Shown piece after piece: positions 62,952 to 64,000 of a stretch of DNA of 64,000 bases (position 1 is the stretch's first letter; each line of letters starts with the position of its first letter). Both the position numbers and the translations under genes were made by a program. Origin of the DNA: Isurus oxyrinchus (taxonomy: Eukaryota); the NCBI GenBank assembly GCA_026770705.1, contig JANJGN010000010.1, positions 67,208,001 to 67,272,000 of the forward strand. Reading direction: 5' to 3'. The notes under the pieces were generated by a model, which worked only from the letters and a program-made list of their open reading frames with translations, made no database searches and had not been told where the DNA came from.

Positions 62952-64000
62952 AACAATAAAAATACCTGGAAAAACTCAGCAGGTCTGGCAGCATCTACGG
63001 AAAGGAACACAGTTGATGTTTCGAGTCCGTATGACTCTTCAACAGAACTAAGTAAAAACAGAAAAGAGGTGAAATGTAAGCTGGTTTAAGGGGAGTGGGT
63101 GGAGGGGGGTGGTGGTGGGACAGGTAGAGCTGGGTAGAGGGCCAGTGATAGGTGGAGATAGCCAAAAGATGTCATAGACAAAAGGACAAAGAGGTGTTGA
63201 AGGTGGTGATATTATCGAAGGCATGTGCTAATTAAGGGTAGAAAGCAGGGCAAGCAAGGTACAGACAGCCCTACCGGGGGTGGGATGGGGTGAAGGGAAG
63301 GGATCGAAATAGGCTAAAAGGTAGAGATAAAACAATGGATGGAGATACATTTAAAAATAATGGAAATAGGTGGGAACAGAAAAATCTATATAAATTATTG
63401 AAAAGAAGAGGGAGATTGGAAAGGGGGTGGGGATGGAGGAGAGAGTTCATGATCTAAAATTGTTGAACTCAGTATTCAGTCCGGAAGGCTGTAAAGTGCC
63501 TAGTCAAAAGATGAGGTGCTGTTCCTCCAGTTTGCATTGAGCTTCATTGGAACAATGTAGCAGGCCAAGGATGAACATGTGGGCATGAGAGCAAGGTGGA
63601 GTGTTGAAACGGCAAGTGACAGGGAGGTCTGGGTCATGTTTGCGCTCAGACTGAAGGTGTTCTGCAAAGCGGTCACCCAGTCTGCGTTTGGTCTCTCCAA
63701 TGTAGAGGAAATCGCATTGGGAGCAACGAATGCAGTAGACTAAATTGAGGGAAGTGCAAGTAAAATGCTGTAAAAGTTGCTCCAACAACTCATCGACATT
63801 AACACCCATCCAGAACCCTCCACCCCTGCCTGTCCCTCTGTCCCCATCATGTCTTCCAATCCCAGCCCCAGCCATGTATTCACCATACCTCCTGACCTTC
63901 CCCTCTCCGATGCTGAACGTTCAGTGCTCAGCAAAGGACTTAGTTTCATACCTTTGTGCCCTCATCTCAATGAATTTTGGGCTCGACATGATGCTGAGCT
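62952..64000. mobile_element. PLE insertion: inverted 3' arm (62952-63770, minus) joined to a plus-strand copy (from ~63779) that runs out of the window
   Basis: The minus arm has GIY-YIG plus hammerhead. The plus part matches 25907-26130 (...PLSDAERSVLSKGLSF). Confidence 0.9.

Overview
Vertebrate genomic DNA, most likely a shark or other elasmobranch judging by the repeat types (inference). The only host gene I recognise is the 3' part of TKFC (triokinase/FMN cyclase, DhaL domain): six GT-AG exons on the + strand between 3812 and 29738 that splice in frame to the stop. Most of the rest is transposon-derived: CR1 and L2 LINE fragments, tRNA-derived SINEs, a decayed Gmr1-like (PR-IN-RT) Gypsy element, solo LTRs, a full-length Harbinger element (Myb/SANT gene plus transposase, TIRs, GAT TSD) and its MITEs, and many Penelope-like elements (PLEs, probably Neptune clade). 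The PLEs are the most interesting part. Eleven minimal hammerhead-ribozyme motifs occur, and the young families carry a non-canonical CUG-U-Y-GA core. Four insertions share a tail-out inverted architecture; the three with both ends in the window have 14-15 bp TSDs and a ~34-nt tail on one end only. The near-intact copy looks like one circularly permuted unit with a 15-nt terminal redundancy and a split (permuted) putative intron. It sits on, and duplicates, the likely TACTAAC branch point of a TKFC intron. Coordinates of old decayed repeats are approximate.
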